Below are positions 17,801-26,308 of a DNA stretch of 64,000 nt, piece after piece. Position numbers and translations under genes: made by a program. The DNA lies in contig OX638340.1 in NCBI GenBank assembly GCA_951812955.1, forward strand, positions 3,488,001 to 3,552,000, in the 5' to 3' direction. Numbering within the stretch: the stretch's first letter is position 1; each line of letters begins with the position of its first letter. Below the pieces are notes generated by a model that saw only the letters and a list, made by a program, of their open reading frames with translations, was not told where the DNA came from and did not search any database. The DNA is from an uncultured Gemmatimonadota bacterium. Lineage in GTDB: Bacteria; JAAXHH01.

Positions 17801-20364
17801 ACCGTAGCGTTTGACGTCAGCGCCTGGTAAGTCAGCGCATCTCCATCGGGGTCCGTGAAATAAGATGACACGTCCACGGTGACCGTTTCGCCCCCGTCGA
17901 CTTCCTGGTCCGGAATACTGCCCCGGGCCACAGGAGGCCGGTTGGCATGCTGGCCCACGATCACCGCTACGCCTGTGGAGCAGTTGTTCTGGTCGCTGGA
18001 CTCATTGGCCAAAGCATCCACGCATGCGCCGTAGTAATAAGTGCCGGCGCTCGATGGCGCGGTCAACGAAACCGACTCCTCGGCCGATACATTCGAGGCC
18101 AGCCGGTTTACGAAGTCGGTCCCGACTTCGGTGTCGCTGCTTGTGATAACTGTGTCGCTGGAGCGGTAGTACCGGAGCGTAGTCGAAGACGCCGCGTCGC
18201 CTCCTCCCTGGTTTCGAACGGTGGCGCGCAGGTCGAAACTTTCGCCGGCCGCCGGGTTGCTTTCGCTGACGGCCGGGGATTCGACAATCAGGTCAGGAGC
18301 GCTGACGGTAACAGTCACCCCGATTGAACAGTTGTTCCCAGTGTCTGCTTCACCGGACAGCGGATCCACACAAGCCCCGTAGTAATAGGTACCGCCGTCC
18401 GAAGGCAGGCTAAGTGCCCTGAGCGTCCTCTCCAGCGAAGCGGATGCTTCCAGCGGGGATATGGCCCACGTGCCAATCTCGGAATCACCGGTCGAAATCG
18501 AGGCGTCGTCGGACTGATAGAAGCGAAGTCTCGTCCACTCGACGGAGGCGCCTCCACCCTGGTTGCGGACCGTGGCGCCCAGCGAAAACCTGCCGCCCGC
18601 GATGGAGCGGATGTCGCTGACAGTAGGTCGTTCGACGACGAGGTCTGCGACCTGCAGCGATATGGTCAACGCAATCGAGCAGTTGTTCAGCCTGTCGGTT
18701 TCCTCATCCAGGGGGTCGACACAGGCGCCGTAGTAATACGTGCCAGCGGCTGTCGGGGCGTAGAGTACGGGCAGGGACCATTCCCGGGTCTCGTCCGCAT
18801 CGAGCGGAAGAATGGGCCGGGTGTCGATTTCCGTATCGCCGGTGGAGATCGTCGCGTCTTGCGAGCGGTAGAAGCGCACGGTGGTCAGGCCGATCGTGGC
18901 GCCTACACCCTGGTTCTTCACCGTGGCGCTCATGGAGAAGCGCTGTCCGGCGCTGAGACTGGTTTCGCTCACCGTCACGGATTCGACCACCAGATCTGGT
19001 CCTCCGATGCTCAGGGTCAACGGTTCCGAGCAGTTGTTTAGCTGGTCGGTCTCCTCCTCGAGGGGATCGACGCAGGCGCCGTAGTAATACGTGCCGGCCG
19101 TGGACGGAGCGATGAGGGCGGGGAGGGACCATTCCCGGGTCTCACTTGCATCGAGGGGGAGTATGGGCCGGGTGCCGAGTTCCGTGTCGTTGGTGGAGAT
19201 CGTCGCATCGGTGGACGTGTAGAAGCGTACGGTGGTGAGATCTACCGTCGCACCGGCGCCCTGGTTCTTCACCGTGGCGCTCATAGCGAAGCGCTGTCCG
19301 GCACTGAGACTGGTTTCGCTCACTGTAAGTGAACTGATCACCAGGTCGGGTGCGCCGACGATCAGCGTCAACGCTTCCGAGCAGTTGTTCTGCTGGTCGG
19401 ATTCCTCCTCGATTGGGTCGACGCATGCGCCGTAGTAATATGTGCCGGCGGTGGACGGAGCATCGAGGGCGGGCAGGGACCATTCCCGGGTCTCGGACGC
19501 ATCGAGGGGGATAATCGGCCGGGTGCCGAGTTCCGTGTCACCGGTGGAGATCGTCGCGTCGGTGGATTGGTAGAACCGTAACGTTGCCAGTTCGAAACCG
19601 GTAACGTCCCCTCCCTGGTTCTTTACCGTGGCGCTCATGGAGAAGCGCTGGCCGGCGCTCAGACTCGTTTCGCTGGCTTCTACCGATTCAATCACGTAGT
19701 CCGGCTCGCTTGCCTGCCGGATTGCTTGATCAGATTTCGGCCCGGCTTCACGGCCTTCTGTGCCGTCGACCTGGTCGATCGCGGCCGCGGTGTCTGATGG
19801 CTGCGGTACATTTGATGGCTGCGGACCGGCGGAGGCCGTTTCATTCGTATTTGAGCCTCCCGAAATGCTGACCAGGATACCCAGGCTGTCCGACAACGTT
19901 CCGACCCGCGCCCGGACCTGGACTGCGCCTTGGTCCAATCCCCTCACGATCCCCATGGAACTCACGGACGCGATTGAACTGTCGCTGGACGACCACGCAA
20001 TTGTTTCGCCCGACAGGACGATGCCGTGCCGATCCCTTATCACGGCCCGGAGCAGAGTCGTCCTACCTTCTATAATCGTCTGTACCGTATCGGGAACGAT
20101 CGAGATGGAGTGCGGTACGGCCGCAGTGGCCTGTGGTGCGGTTGCAGCGGTCTGTGGTGCGGTTGCAGCGGTCTGTGGGGTGGTTAGAACTCTCGCCGCA
20201 GTTGCTCCTGGCCGGGAGGAGTTTGTGGGACTGTCTTTCCCGCAGGTGAACAGGATTATGGTCACCAGGCAAAGGGCCACCGGGAATCCAAGTTTAGCGA
20301 AAAGCGACATCGGTTTGGTGATTCTGGACATCGGTTGGCTACACCACGCGGCGATGCTGAACAT
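14815..20364 (-). CDS. Giant surface lipoprotein (1849 aa): BIG2, at least 8 tandem CARDB-like repeats, cadherin-like domains, C-terminal metzincin-like zinc metalloprotease domain
   Basis: Lipobox ILFTCGKDSPT. The CARDB-like unit PDL[VI].S..VS...L.AG..F...ATV.NQG.....T.LR[FY]Y.S.D..IS..D.E.GT........E..E.S.....P...GTYYYGACVD......D..NNCS repeats. Cadherin-like FTDPDGDALTY. Protease motifs VIAHEFGHNLSLRHAPCGG and DLMSYC. Tail PEPGLEIVVSPGVPDSSDW. Confidence 0.85.
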   Translation of the reverse strand: MFSIAAWCSQPMSRITKPMSLFAKLGFPVALCLVTIILFTCGKDSPTNSSRPGATAARVLTTPQTAATAPQTAATAPQATAAVPHSISIVPDTVQTIIEGRTTLLRAVIRDRHGIVLSGETIAWSSSDSSIASVSSMGIVRGLDQGAVQVRARVGTLSDSLGILVSISGGSNTNETASAGPQPSNVPQPSDTAAAIDQVDGTEGREAGPKSDQAIRQASEPDYVIESVEASETSLSAGQRFSMSATVKNQGGDVTGFELATLRFYQSTDATISTGDTELGTRPIIPLDASETREWSLPALDAPSTAGTYYYGACVDPIEEESDQQNNCSEALTLIVGAPDLVISSLTVSETSLSAGQRFAMSATVKNQGAGATVDLTTVRFYTSTDATISTNDTELGTRPILPLDASETREWSLPALIAPSTAGTYYYGACVDPLEEETDQLNNCSEPLTLSIGGPDLVVESVTVSETSLSAGQRFSMSATVKNQGVGATIGLTTVRFYRSQDATISTGDTEIDTRPILPLDADETREWSLPVLYAPTAAGTYYYGACVDPLDEETDRLNNCSIALTISLQVADLVVERPTVSDIRSIAGGRFSLGATVRNQGGGASVEWTRLRFYQSDDASISTGDSEIGTWAISPLEASASLERTLRALSLPSDGGTYYYGACVDPLSGEADTGNNCSIGVTVTVSAPDLIVESPAVSESNPAAGESFDLRATVRNQGGGDAASSTTLRYYRSSDTVITSSDTEVGTDFVNRLASNVSAEESVSLTAPSSAGTYYYGACVDALANESSDQNNCSTGVAVIVGQHANRPPVARGSIPDQEVDGGETVTVDVSSYFTDPDGDALTYQALTSNATVATALIPNDVVTIRGESAGNATITITASDGSLTAGQQIDVTVRRSVIPRPDLIVESPSVSDGSPEPGDRFTFNATVRNRGDGDASSSTTLRYYRSADATISATDTEIGTDRVTSLDQSETSDESIGLDAPANTGTYFYGACVDALSDESDTQNNCSVAVTVTVGQPVNQAPVAQGAIPSRNLDVGESVRITVSSYFSDPDNDRLTFSAATSDAGVATAATAGSVVTVEGKSAGNATITVTADDGSLTARQAFQVTVRIPVVLAPDLIVESPTVSDDALSSDERFRLSAIVRNQGDGNASSTRLRYYLSTDATITSGDTEIGTDYVSSLRASSTSNESISLRAPATLGTYYYGACVDPLSEESDTANNCSVAVMVTVSGPDLVLEQPTVSNDNPEVGDSFTLSVTVRNQGAGDAASSTTLRYYQSADATITSGDTEVGTDYVTSLDAAETDDEWIVLTASDPVGTYYYGACVDALSGETDTLNNCSGAVAVEVKEKPTLVGADSYAYLTQSVQSVGDPVPLIEGDEALLRVFIAREGNEGISIPPVRATFYHNGSVAHEVDIPGQSAGIPEQIEEGVLDLSSNALIPGSVIETGLEMVVEIDPDGTLDSALEIAQRIPPEGRLSVDVRTVSSFDIMIVPFLWDENPDRSILTEINAITADGELLRETRDYLPVGDVTVSVHDPVFVSYDPTGDYGEELVTLTESIRNMEGSPETYYMGVFRRQGDNGLLGIAYVGGAFLGLNKEFSSVSVLQGPVIAHEFGHNLSLRHAPCGGPAGPDRNYPNRDGSIGAWGYDFVNEQLISPSRPDLMSYCEPEWIGYYSFSKALGWRQAKDVRLASAAPVTKALLLWGHVSEDGDLVLEPAFVVDAPPVVPQTSGPYQLSGESANGGVVFNLSFDMNRLGDSEGGSFNFILPIRADWPERLHQITLSGPEGVATQDREGDRAAVLLLDRFTGQVRGFLHDWVINGSGGPPARRVLPEPGLEIVVSPGVPDSSDW

Positions 20365-20381
20365 CGCGGCAGTCTACGTGT

Positions 20382-22145
20382 TTATTCGTCCGGACAGCCT
20401 GCTATTTCGCTCAAGTCCCCAATTTCGCTCAGCCAGTCCTGGAATACCTCGGATAGCGGTATGCATAGTTGGGTCCCATTCACGTGCAGGCTTTCCAGTG
20501 TGAGACGCGCAAGCGACTCGGGCAGAGGTCCGGTGAGTTCCGGGTTCGAGGCCACGTTGAGCCGAGTCAGATTGCGAAGCCCGCCGATTTCCGGCGGCAG
20601 CGATCCCATTAACCGGTTGGCCGATAGGTCCAGGTGGATGAGCGCTTGCAGTTGTCCGAATTCCGGGGGTATGGAGCCCGATAACGCGTTATCTCGAAGG
20701 ACAAGCATTTCGAGTGCTTTCAAAAGTTCAAGCTCCGCGGGAATGTGCCCGGTCAACTGGTTTCCACCGAGATTGAGTATTTCGAGACGCCCTGACAGAC
20801 CGATTTCCGCAGGTATGGTTCCCGTAAACTCGTTTCCTTCCAGGTTCAACGCTTCCAAAATGGTCAAATGACCGATTGAAAGCGGAATACTGCCGGAAAG
20901 ATGATTTTCGCCGAGGTTCAACACCGTGAGACCAACGAGTTGCCCGAGTTCATCCGGAAGCGGTCCGCGGAGACCGTTCCCGTTCAACTCCAGCCGGGTG
21001 ACCATGCCGTCGGCGTCGGTCGTGACGCCATACCACGCGTGGAGCGGGGCGTTGGACAGCCAGTTCGCCTTCTCTGTCCAGTCCGGTCCGCCCGTTGTAT
21101 TGTAAAACACAATGAGCGCATTCCGATCCGGACTTGAAACGACCGTTGTCACGTTGAAGTGCTGCGTGGCGCTCAAACCGTGCGGGTCGGTCGCGCTGAC
21201 CGAAATCGTCGCTCTGCCTGCCGATACGGATCGGATGGTGGTCCGTTCTTCCTTTGCTTCGACCGTGGCCACCTGGTCGTCGCTGGATACAGCCGTATAT
21301 TCCAGCTTGTCGCCATCCGGATCGAGAAACGCGCCGGATACGTCCAGCTCCTCCGCCGGTCCTCCCTCGACCAGCCTTAGATCTGCTATCATTCCCACCG
21401 TCTGTGGCCGGGTGTTCATCCCCGTCCCCATGACAGTGACGCGTATGGACTGCGTGGCGCTCAGGCTATCCGGATCGGTTGCCGTGACCGTCACGGTCGC
21501 TTCGCCGGTTGACACGGCACGGATGGTCACGTCGGCGCCGGATGCCGCCGCCGTGGCTACCTGGTCGTCGCTGGATTCCGCGGAATAGGTCAACTCGTCG
21601 TCGTCCGGGTCGCGGAAAGCGCCGGTAACGTCCAGCTCTACCGATACTCCGATTTCCGTCAGCACCTGTGGCGCGATCTCGCCCACTGCTTCCGGGGGCC
21701 GGTTTGGAACGGGCGCCGATACGGTCACCGTTATCCCGTTCGAGACGTTGCCCGAACGGGCGGTGATCCGGGCAGTGCCGTTGCTCACGGCCGTAACCAG
21801 ACCACCGGAACTCACGCTGGCTACACTCATGTTGCTGGATGACCAGGACACCGTCGCCCCAGTGATCGGACTGTTGTTCTGATCGTTAACCGTGGCGGTC
21901 AGTTGCGCCGTCTGACCCAGGGCGGTCAGCGTCACGGCAGCCGGTGTGATCCGGATACTGGTCGGTACAGCTTGTACCGGTGGCGGCGTTGGAGGCGGAG
22001 TGGGTGGTGGCGTTGGTGTTGGAGGCGGTGGAGCAGGCGGAGTGCCCGGCGACGTCGGTGTCGTCGAACCACCTCCGCCACACGAAACCAGTACCGAAAA
22101 GACCCATAATACGATAACTGATGAGATCAAGCGGGACGCATGCAA
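20382..22145 (-). CDS. Surface lipoprotein (587 aa): Pro-rich linker, BIG2, two cadherin-like domains, one LRRNT-like/LRR cassette plus Cys C-cap; immediately upstream of the CARDB-protease gene
   Basis: TTG start at 22145 with GGGAG upstream. Lipobox SVLVSCGGGG. PPTPTPPPTPPP linker. Motifs FRDPDDDELTY, ALIVFYNTTGGPDWTEKANWLSNAPLHAWYGV and GTQLCIPLSEVFQDWL. Confidence 0.8.
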   Translation of the reverse strand: MHASRLISSVIVLWVFSVLVSCGGGGSTTPTSPGTPPAPPPPTPTPPPTPPPTPPPVQAVPTSIRITPAAVTLTALGQTAQLTATVNDQNNSPITGATVSWSSSNMSVASVSSGGLVTAVSNGTARITARSGNVSNGITVTVSAPVPNRPPEAVGEIAPQVLTEIGVSVELDVTGAFRDPDDDELTYSAESSDDQVATAAASGADVTIRAVSTGEATVTVTATDPDSLSATQSIRVTVMGTGMNTRPQTVGMIADLRLVEGGPAEELDVSGAFLDPDGDKLEYTAVSSDDQVATVEAKEERTTIRSVSAGRATISVSATDPHGLSATQHFNVTTVVSSPDRNALIVFYNTTGGPDWTEKANWLSNAPLHAWYGVTTDADGMVTRLELNGNGLRGPLPDELGQLVGLTVLNLGENHLSGSIPLSIGHLTILEALNLEGNEFTGTIPAEIGLSGRLEILNLGGNQLTGHIPAELELLKALEMLVLRDNALSGSIPPEFGQLQALIHLDLSANRLMGSLPPEIGGLRNLTRLNVASNPELTGPLPESLARLTLESLHVNGTQLCIPLSEVFQDWLSEIGDLSEIAGCPDE

Positions 22146-22271
22146 AACCGGGTTACTCCCTGGTTTGTGTTCTCCGCAATGGTTGTAAGGATGATACGAA
22201 CATCATTACAGTATTACAACATTTAAAACAGTGAAACATTTGCATCATTATTTGAGCAATCTTGTTCTACA

Positions 22272-22859
22272 TCAGAATGTGAAACTGGCGCCCGCAAAAA
22301 CCATCGGGTTTCCTTTCTCGCGCAAGGTAACATCAATCCAGGGTCTTACATTCAACTGTCCGACTGTATTTGGTATGGGAATGGCAGCCCATTCCTGTCG
22401 ACGGATTAACGAACCGATGATAAGGCCACCGAGTCCAATACTGCCTCCCCCCGCGGCTGCTGACACCAAACCCACCTTGAATCCGAATGCATCGCATTCT
22501 TCTTCCACTGATCCGAAAGTCAGTAGATCGCAGCTCCCATGAGTAAGTGCACCGATCAGTATACCACCAGCAATGCCGATGCCGGCACCATAAACCAATC
22601 CTTCTTTCCAGTAACTTCGAGTACCCAGGCTCCGCTCCAGTTTCCGTATGTTTTCAAAGAGTACGAGCCGGGTTCTGTTGCCACCCTGGCTGATTTCAAA
22701 GCTACTGCTGCTCATTGACACGACAGTACCTGATACCGATCCTTCCAAAAACGTAACACGAAGGCGATCCCCAACATCCTGCGCAGAAAGAGTCGATGGA
22801 AAACCGGCAGTGAATACCCAAAGACAGGCGAAATAGAGGCATTTTCGTATACATTTCAT
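22272..22859 (-). CDS. Hypothetical secreted/outer-membrane protein with a glycine-zipper segment
   Basis: Internal ATG at 22859 with AGGAGA upstream. Signal MKCIRKCLYFACLWVFTAGFPSTLSAQ. Glycine zipper GAGIGIAGGILIGAL. Ends in F. Confidence 0.45.
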   Translation of the reverse strand: MKCIRKCLYFACLWVFTAGFPSTLSAQDVGDRLRVTFLEGSVSGTVVSMSSSSFEISQGGNRTRLVLFENIRKLERSLGTRSYWKEGLVYGAGIGIAGGILIGALTHGSCDLLTFGSVEEECDAFGFKVGLVSAAAGGGSIGLGGLIIGSLIRRQEWAAIPIPNTVGQLNVRPWIDVTLREKGNPMVFAGASFTF

Positions 22860-23024
22860 AATTCGGTCTCCTGTGCGTGGAAACATGAATATCCCGATAC
22901 CCCTTAACTGTCGCCACCATTGACAACGTCTACTTGTGATCCAAATTACCAGTGCCTGGCCAAATTTACGCATCCACATTGTGGTGGCAGGAAGCGGATG
23001 CGTAATTCGTTGGATGAAACCGTT

Positions 23025-23600
23025 CTACGGGGTAAACACAATGGACACGGTAATCGGCATCCACTGTGTGGCTGATTCTTCCGTCAATGCGTGATTGTAT
23101 CGGGCATCGATCGCAACTGAAATGGAAGGATTAACAGCATACTGAATACCGCCGCCAATAACAAAACTGAACGCATTCTCAGATTCACTGGCTGAGAATG
23201 TTTCACCAAGAAAGGACGCTGAGGCCGTTCCTTCCGCACGGGTCAACCCTAAACCTCCGAGCCCGTAAACGACTAATGGTGTCGATGAGGACCTTACCAT
23301 GACCCCGATATTCCCGCCGGTTAGTTTTGCATCTGCATCCAACCCGGGGATGTCTTCATCCGCACCGTACTTGCTATAGTGCCCTTCTGCCAACGCGTGC
23401 ACATTGTCCAGGATGGGCACCGAAACACCCCCAAGAATCGCAAAGCCCGCCTTCGCTCCATCACCAAAATCTCCTGTGGGAATACCCAACCCGCCACCTA
23501 CTTTAATCGATGGCGACCGCTCCTGAGCCTGCACTGTTTCGATCGTGGATAACGACAGCATGAGTACTGCGCCTAGTAGTGCGAAAATGAACTTTTTCAT
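23025..23600 (-). CDS. Small outer-membrane beta-barrel protein (OmpA/OmpW-like barrel)
   Basis: Signal MKKFIFALLGAVLMLSLSTIETVQAQ. Alternating hydrophobic/Gly-rich beta-strand pattern. GAGGTG RBS. Confidence 0.55.
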   Translation of the reverse strand: MKKFIFALLGAVLMLSLSTIETVQAQERSPSIKVGGGLGIPTGDFGDGAKAGFAILGGVSVPILDNVHALAEGHYSKYGADEDIPGLDADAKLTGGNIGVMVRSSSTPLVVYGLGGLGLTRAEGTASASFLGETFSASESENAFSFVIGGGIQYAVNPSISVAIDARYNHALTEESATQWMPITVSIVFTP

Positions 23601-24101
23601 TGAGCCACCTCTTTAGGATTGTAATTGAAATCGGTCTAGCTGTCTCAAACCGCAGACTTTCACCATGCACCCTCCTTTTGGGCCAACGGCACACTAATGT
23701 CCGGGTGAATATTTCTCATGGTGATCCAACTTTTTCGCTACAAATAAAAACTGTTATTATCTTTCGGAATGACCTTGATATGTAATAAACATAGATTATT
23801 TGCGATTTGAAAGCGGAATAACAGATTATAAACTCACTATTTTATGATCTTTTTGGAAATTATGTGTTTATTTATGATTATTGTTCAGGAAGGTATAATG
23901 AATTGGTTTACGAAGTACGGCGACCCTGTTATTTTGACTTATGAATATCCCTTGACGTGAATGTTCTTTAACATGAACGTTCTTTAACGTCCAACAAACC
24001 TTCTATCGCAGCTTCTTGCGGCCAGAAAATCTTCCGAATCACACTTGAGTATGAACCCGGGGCACATACCGGCAATTTGGAGTTGAAGAGGAGTAACGAA
24101 C
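23601..24101. promoter_or_regulatory. 500-bp AT-rich ORF-less region upstream of gene 24102. Contains the direct repeat TGAA(T/C)GTTCTTTAAC x2 (23957-23990) with the palindrome GAACGTTC.
   Basis: GC about 38% versus about 62% in flanking genes. Repeat read directly. Confidence 0.4.
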
Positions 24102-25250
24102 ATGATCAGACCGGGTAACAGGCTGCTGGTTTGGTTTCTGGTCTGCAGCTTCGTGTTTTTCGTTGTGGCAGTGATCGTGGAGGAGTTCGCGTTGTTCGAT
24201 TCCGAAGAGGAAATGCAGCGTGACGACGCATCTGGAGGCGTTTTTCAGCAAGAGGGCGCCGCGGATGGTCCGGTATCTGCAACCGCTTCGCGGATGGCGC
24301 GCGGTGACCATCCCGCGCTGACGAGCCGGCAATTGCGGCTGGTGTCGACGACGTGGCCGCCTTTCATCGACGCGCCTGGTAAACCACGGTTCGCCCTCGA
24401 ACTGGTCGACGCGGCCCTGGAACGCATGGGAATCGGCGCCCAGGCGATCGTTCTGGACGAGGGCGAGTTGTCGTCCGCGTTGCTGAACGGGGCGTTCGAC
24501 GGAAGCGCGGCGGTCTGGAAGGACGAAGCGCGCGAGGGTTCGATGCTTTACTCAAAGCCGTATCTCGAGAACCGATTGATACTCGTCGGCCGAGGAGGCA
24601 GTGACGTGTCCGCCACCTCGCTGTCCGGACTCGCAGGAATCAGGATCGCCCTGGCCGACGGGCACGCGTACGCCGAAATGGCAGAACAAACAGACGGGCC
24701 GGTTTTCATCCGCTCGGACAGCGATGAGGACAGCGTCGCCAAACTGCTCGACGGCGAGGTGGATTACGCGCTGATGGATGACCTGGTCGTCCAGTACCTC
24801 ATCAGCAAACACGGAGAAGAAGCGCGATCTCGGCTGGTGTTCGGTACGGCGCCTCTGCTCAACCGTTCGCTTCACCTCGCCGTCCGCCGGTCGCTTCCTG
24901 ACGCCGATTCGATCATCTCGCGATTCGACGCCGAGGTGCGTGCCATGATGGCCGACCGGACCTATCACCGCCTGCTCCTGCTCGACTGGATTCGAACGGA
25001 CGTCGATGGCGACGGTCTCGTGGAGAACCTGCCGCACGCTAATCGGACCGGTCCGGATCCGCCGGAGCACATCTACGAACTCTTCCTTTCGGGCGGTCCC
25101 TCCATGGAACCGGGTATGGCGCAGCGATTCTACCTGGACGGAGATATCTACGAAGATTGGTCGGCCGTGCCAGTACAGTACAAGACCTTGGACTCCGGCG
25201 GACCCGACCCCGATCCACGCACCGTCAACACATTCAGCTTCGTGTGGTAG
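24102..25250 (+). CDS. Membrane-anchored solute-binding protein, family 3 (SBP_bac_3-like)
   Basis: N-terminal TM anchor MIRPGNRLLVWFLVCSFVFFVVAVIV. Body resembles a periplasmic amino-acid-type binding fold (LVSTTWPPFIDAPG...DYALMDDLVVQYLI). GAGGAG RBS. Confidence 0.5.
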   Translation: MIRPGNRLLVWFLVCSFVFFVVAVIVEEFALFDSEEEMQRDDASGGVFQQEGAADGPVSATASRMARGDHPALTSRQLRLVSTTWPPFIDAPGKPRFALELVDAALERMGIGAQAIVLDEGELSSALLNGAFDGSAAVWKDEAREGSMLYSKPYLENRLILVGRGGSDVSATSLSGLAGIRIALADGHAYAEMAEQTDGPVFIRSDSDEDSVAKLLDGEVDYALMDDLVVQYLISKHGEEARSRLVFGTAPLLNRSLHLAVRRSLPDADSIISRFDAEVRAMMADRTYHRLLLLDWIRTDVDGDGLVENLPHANRTGPDPPEHIYELFLSGGPSMEPGMAQRFYLDGDIYEDWSAVPVQYKTLDSGGPDPDPRTVNTFSFVW

Positions 25251-25296
25251 GCATGTGGATTCACCGCGCCCGCATCGCACGATTCCGAGGTGAATT

Positions 25297-26220
25297 ATGA
25301 AAGGAACTTCCCTGCTCGACCATATAATTGTGCGGCTCGTGGTCCACTATTTCGCTACATTCCTGTTTTTCGGGGGCCTGTTGGAGCTGCTGCCGGGGGT
25401 CTTTCTCGAACTGCAAGTGGCCGAGCGAATCGAGTCGAGCTCGCTCTCAGCCATGAATTTCGAACAAGCCGAGCCCGATACGGGACTGACCCAGGTGTTT
25501 ATACCAGTGACGATGTCGTTGTTGTTCTCCTTTCTTTTTACCCTGCCGGTGGTCTGGGTCTATCGCTGGACGCGGACCCGCAAGAAATACGACCAGGCCT
25601 TTGCCCAGACCCTCCTCGTCGTCCCCATTGCCATCGCGCTCGTCGTATTTCTCGTTAAGGACAGCATCGCCCTCGCCTTCAGTATCGCGGGCATAGTCGC
25701 CGCGGTACGCTTCCGCACGTCGTTGAACGAAACCATGGACGCCATCTATATGTTCATCGTAATCGGCATCGGGTTGGCCGCCGGGATCCAATACGGTTCA
25801 GTGGCCGTCCTGGCATCGGTGACTTTCAATGCCGTTGTGCTTGTCGTCTGGCGCATGAACTGGGGCGCGGAGCCCGTGGTCCTGGACGGATTCAGGCTGG
25901 TGCATTCGGACAATGGGCGTTCGATGATTGGTGCCGGCGATCCACGGACGGATAAGAAACCCAAGCCCTTTAACGCGAGGCTCAGGGTATTCACTTCGCG
26001 CGTCGGTTCGGCACAGCATGCCACCGAAGCAAACCTGCCGACCTATGCATCACGCTGGCAGCTCGCGCGAGTCGTGGAACGGGAAGGCGACGCTTCGATT
26101 GTGGAATTTGACGTTCGGCTCAAGAAAAAGGCGGATCCGGATGCCTTTACCGCGGCACTTGAAAGCATCACCATGGGACATATCCAGAAAGTGGAACTGG
26201 AAGAGCTACCCAGGTCCTGA
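25297..26220 (+). CDS. Multi-pass membrane protein, DUF4956-like
   Basis: 4-5 predicted TM helices. A VRFRTSLNETMD motif sits in a family-typical position. Confidence 0.4.
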   Translation: MKGTSLLDHIIVRLVVHYFATFLFFGGLLELLPGVFLELQVAERIESSSLSAMNFEQAEPDTGLTQVFIPVTMSLLFSFLFTLPVVWVYRWTRTRKKYDQAFAQTLLVVPIAIALVVFLVKDSIALAFSIAGIVAAVRFRTSLNETMDAIYMFIVIGIGLAAGIQYGSVAVLASVTFNAVVLVVWRMNWGAEPVVLDGFRLVHSDNGRSMIGAGDPRTDKKPKPFNARLRVFTSRVGSAQHATEANLPTYASRWQLARVVEREGDASIVEFDVRLKKKADPDAFTAALESITMGHIQKVELEELPRS

Positions 26221-26308
26221 GGAGATGCTGATTTTGAGCGCCGGAGATGCTGATTTTGAGCGCGGGAGATTTGGCCTATGAACGCCGGAGATATGGTCTA
26301 TGAGCGCC
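26221..26308. repeat. Four tandem 22-bp units (GGAGATGCTGATTTTGAGCGCC x2, GGAGATTTGGCCTATGAACGCC, GGAGATATGGTCTATGAGCGCC) spanning the entire intergenic region and overlapping the start codon of gene 26300
   Basis: Read directly. Units 1 and 2 differ by one base. Unit 4 supplies the GGAG Shine-Dalgarno and the ATG at 26300. Confidence 0.8.

Noticed and set aside
15034-19483. Plus-strand ORFs (15034-15510, 15520-16383, 17308-17814, 17947-18327 and others) inside the 1849-aa minus-strand CARDB-protease gene
   Set aside because: They overlap a well-supported gene in antisense and have no recognisable motifs. Typical high-GC shadow ORFs.
26221-26308. Possible CRISPR array (tandem 22-bp repeats)
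   Set aside because: The units are directly adjacent with no spacers, units 3-4 are degenerate, and there are no cas genes. It is a simple tandem repeat, not CRISPR. The same applies to the arrays at 1343-1473 and 55921-56015.
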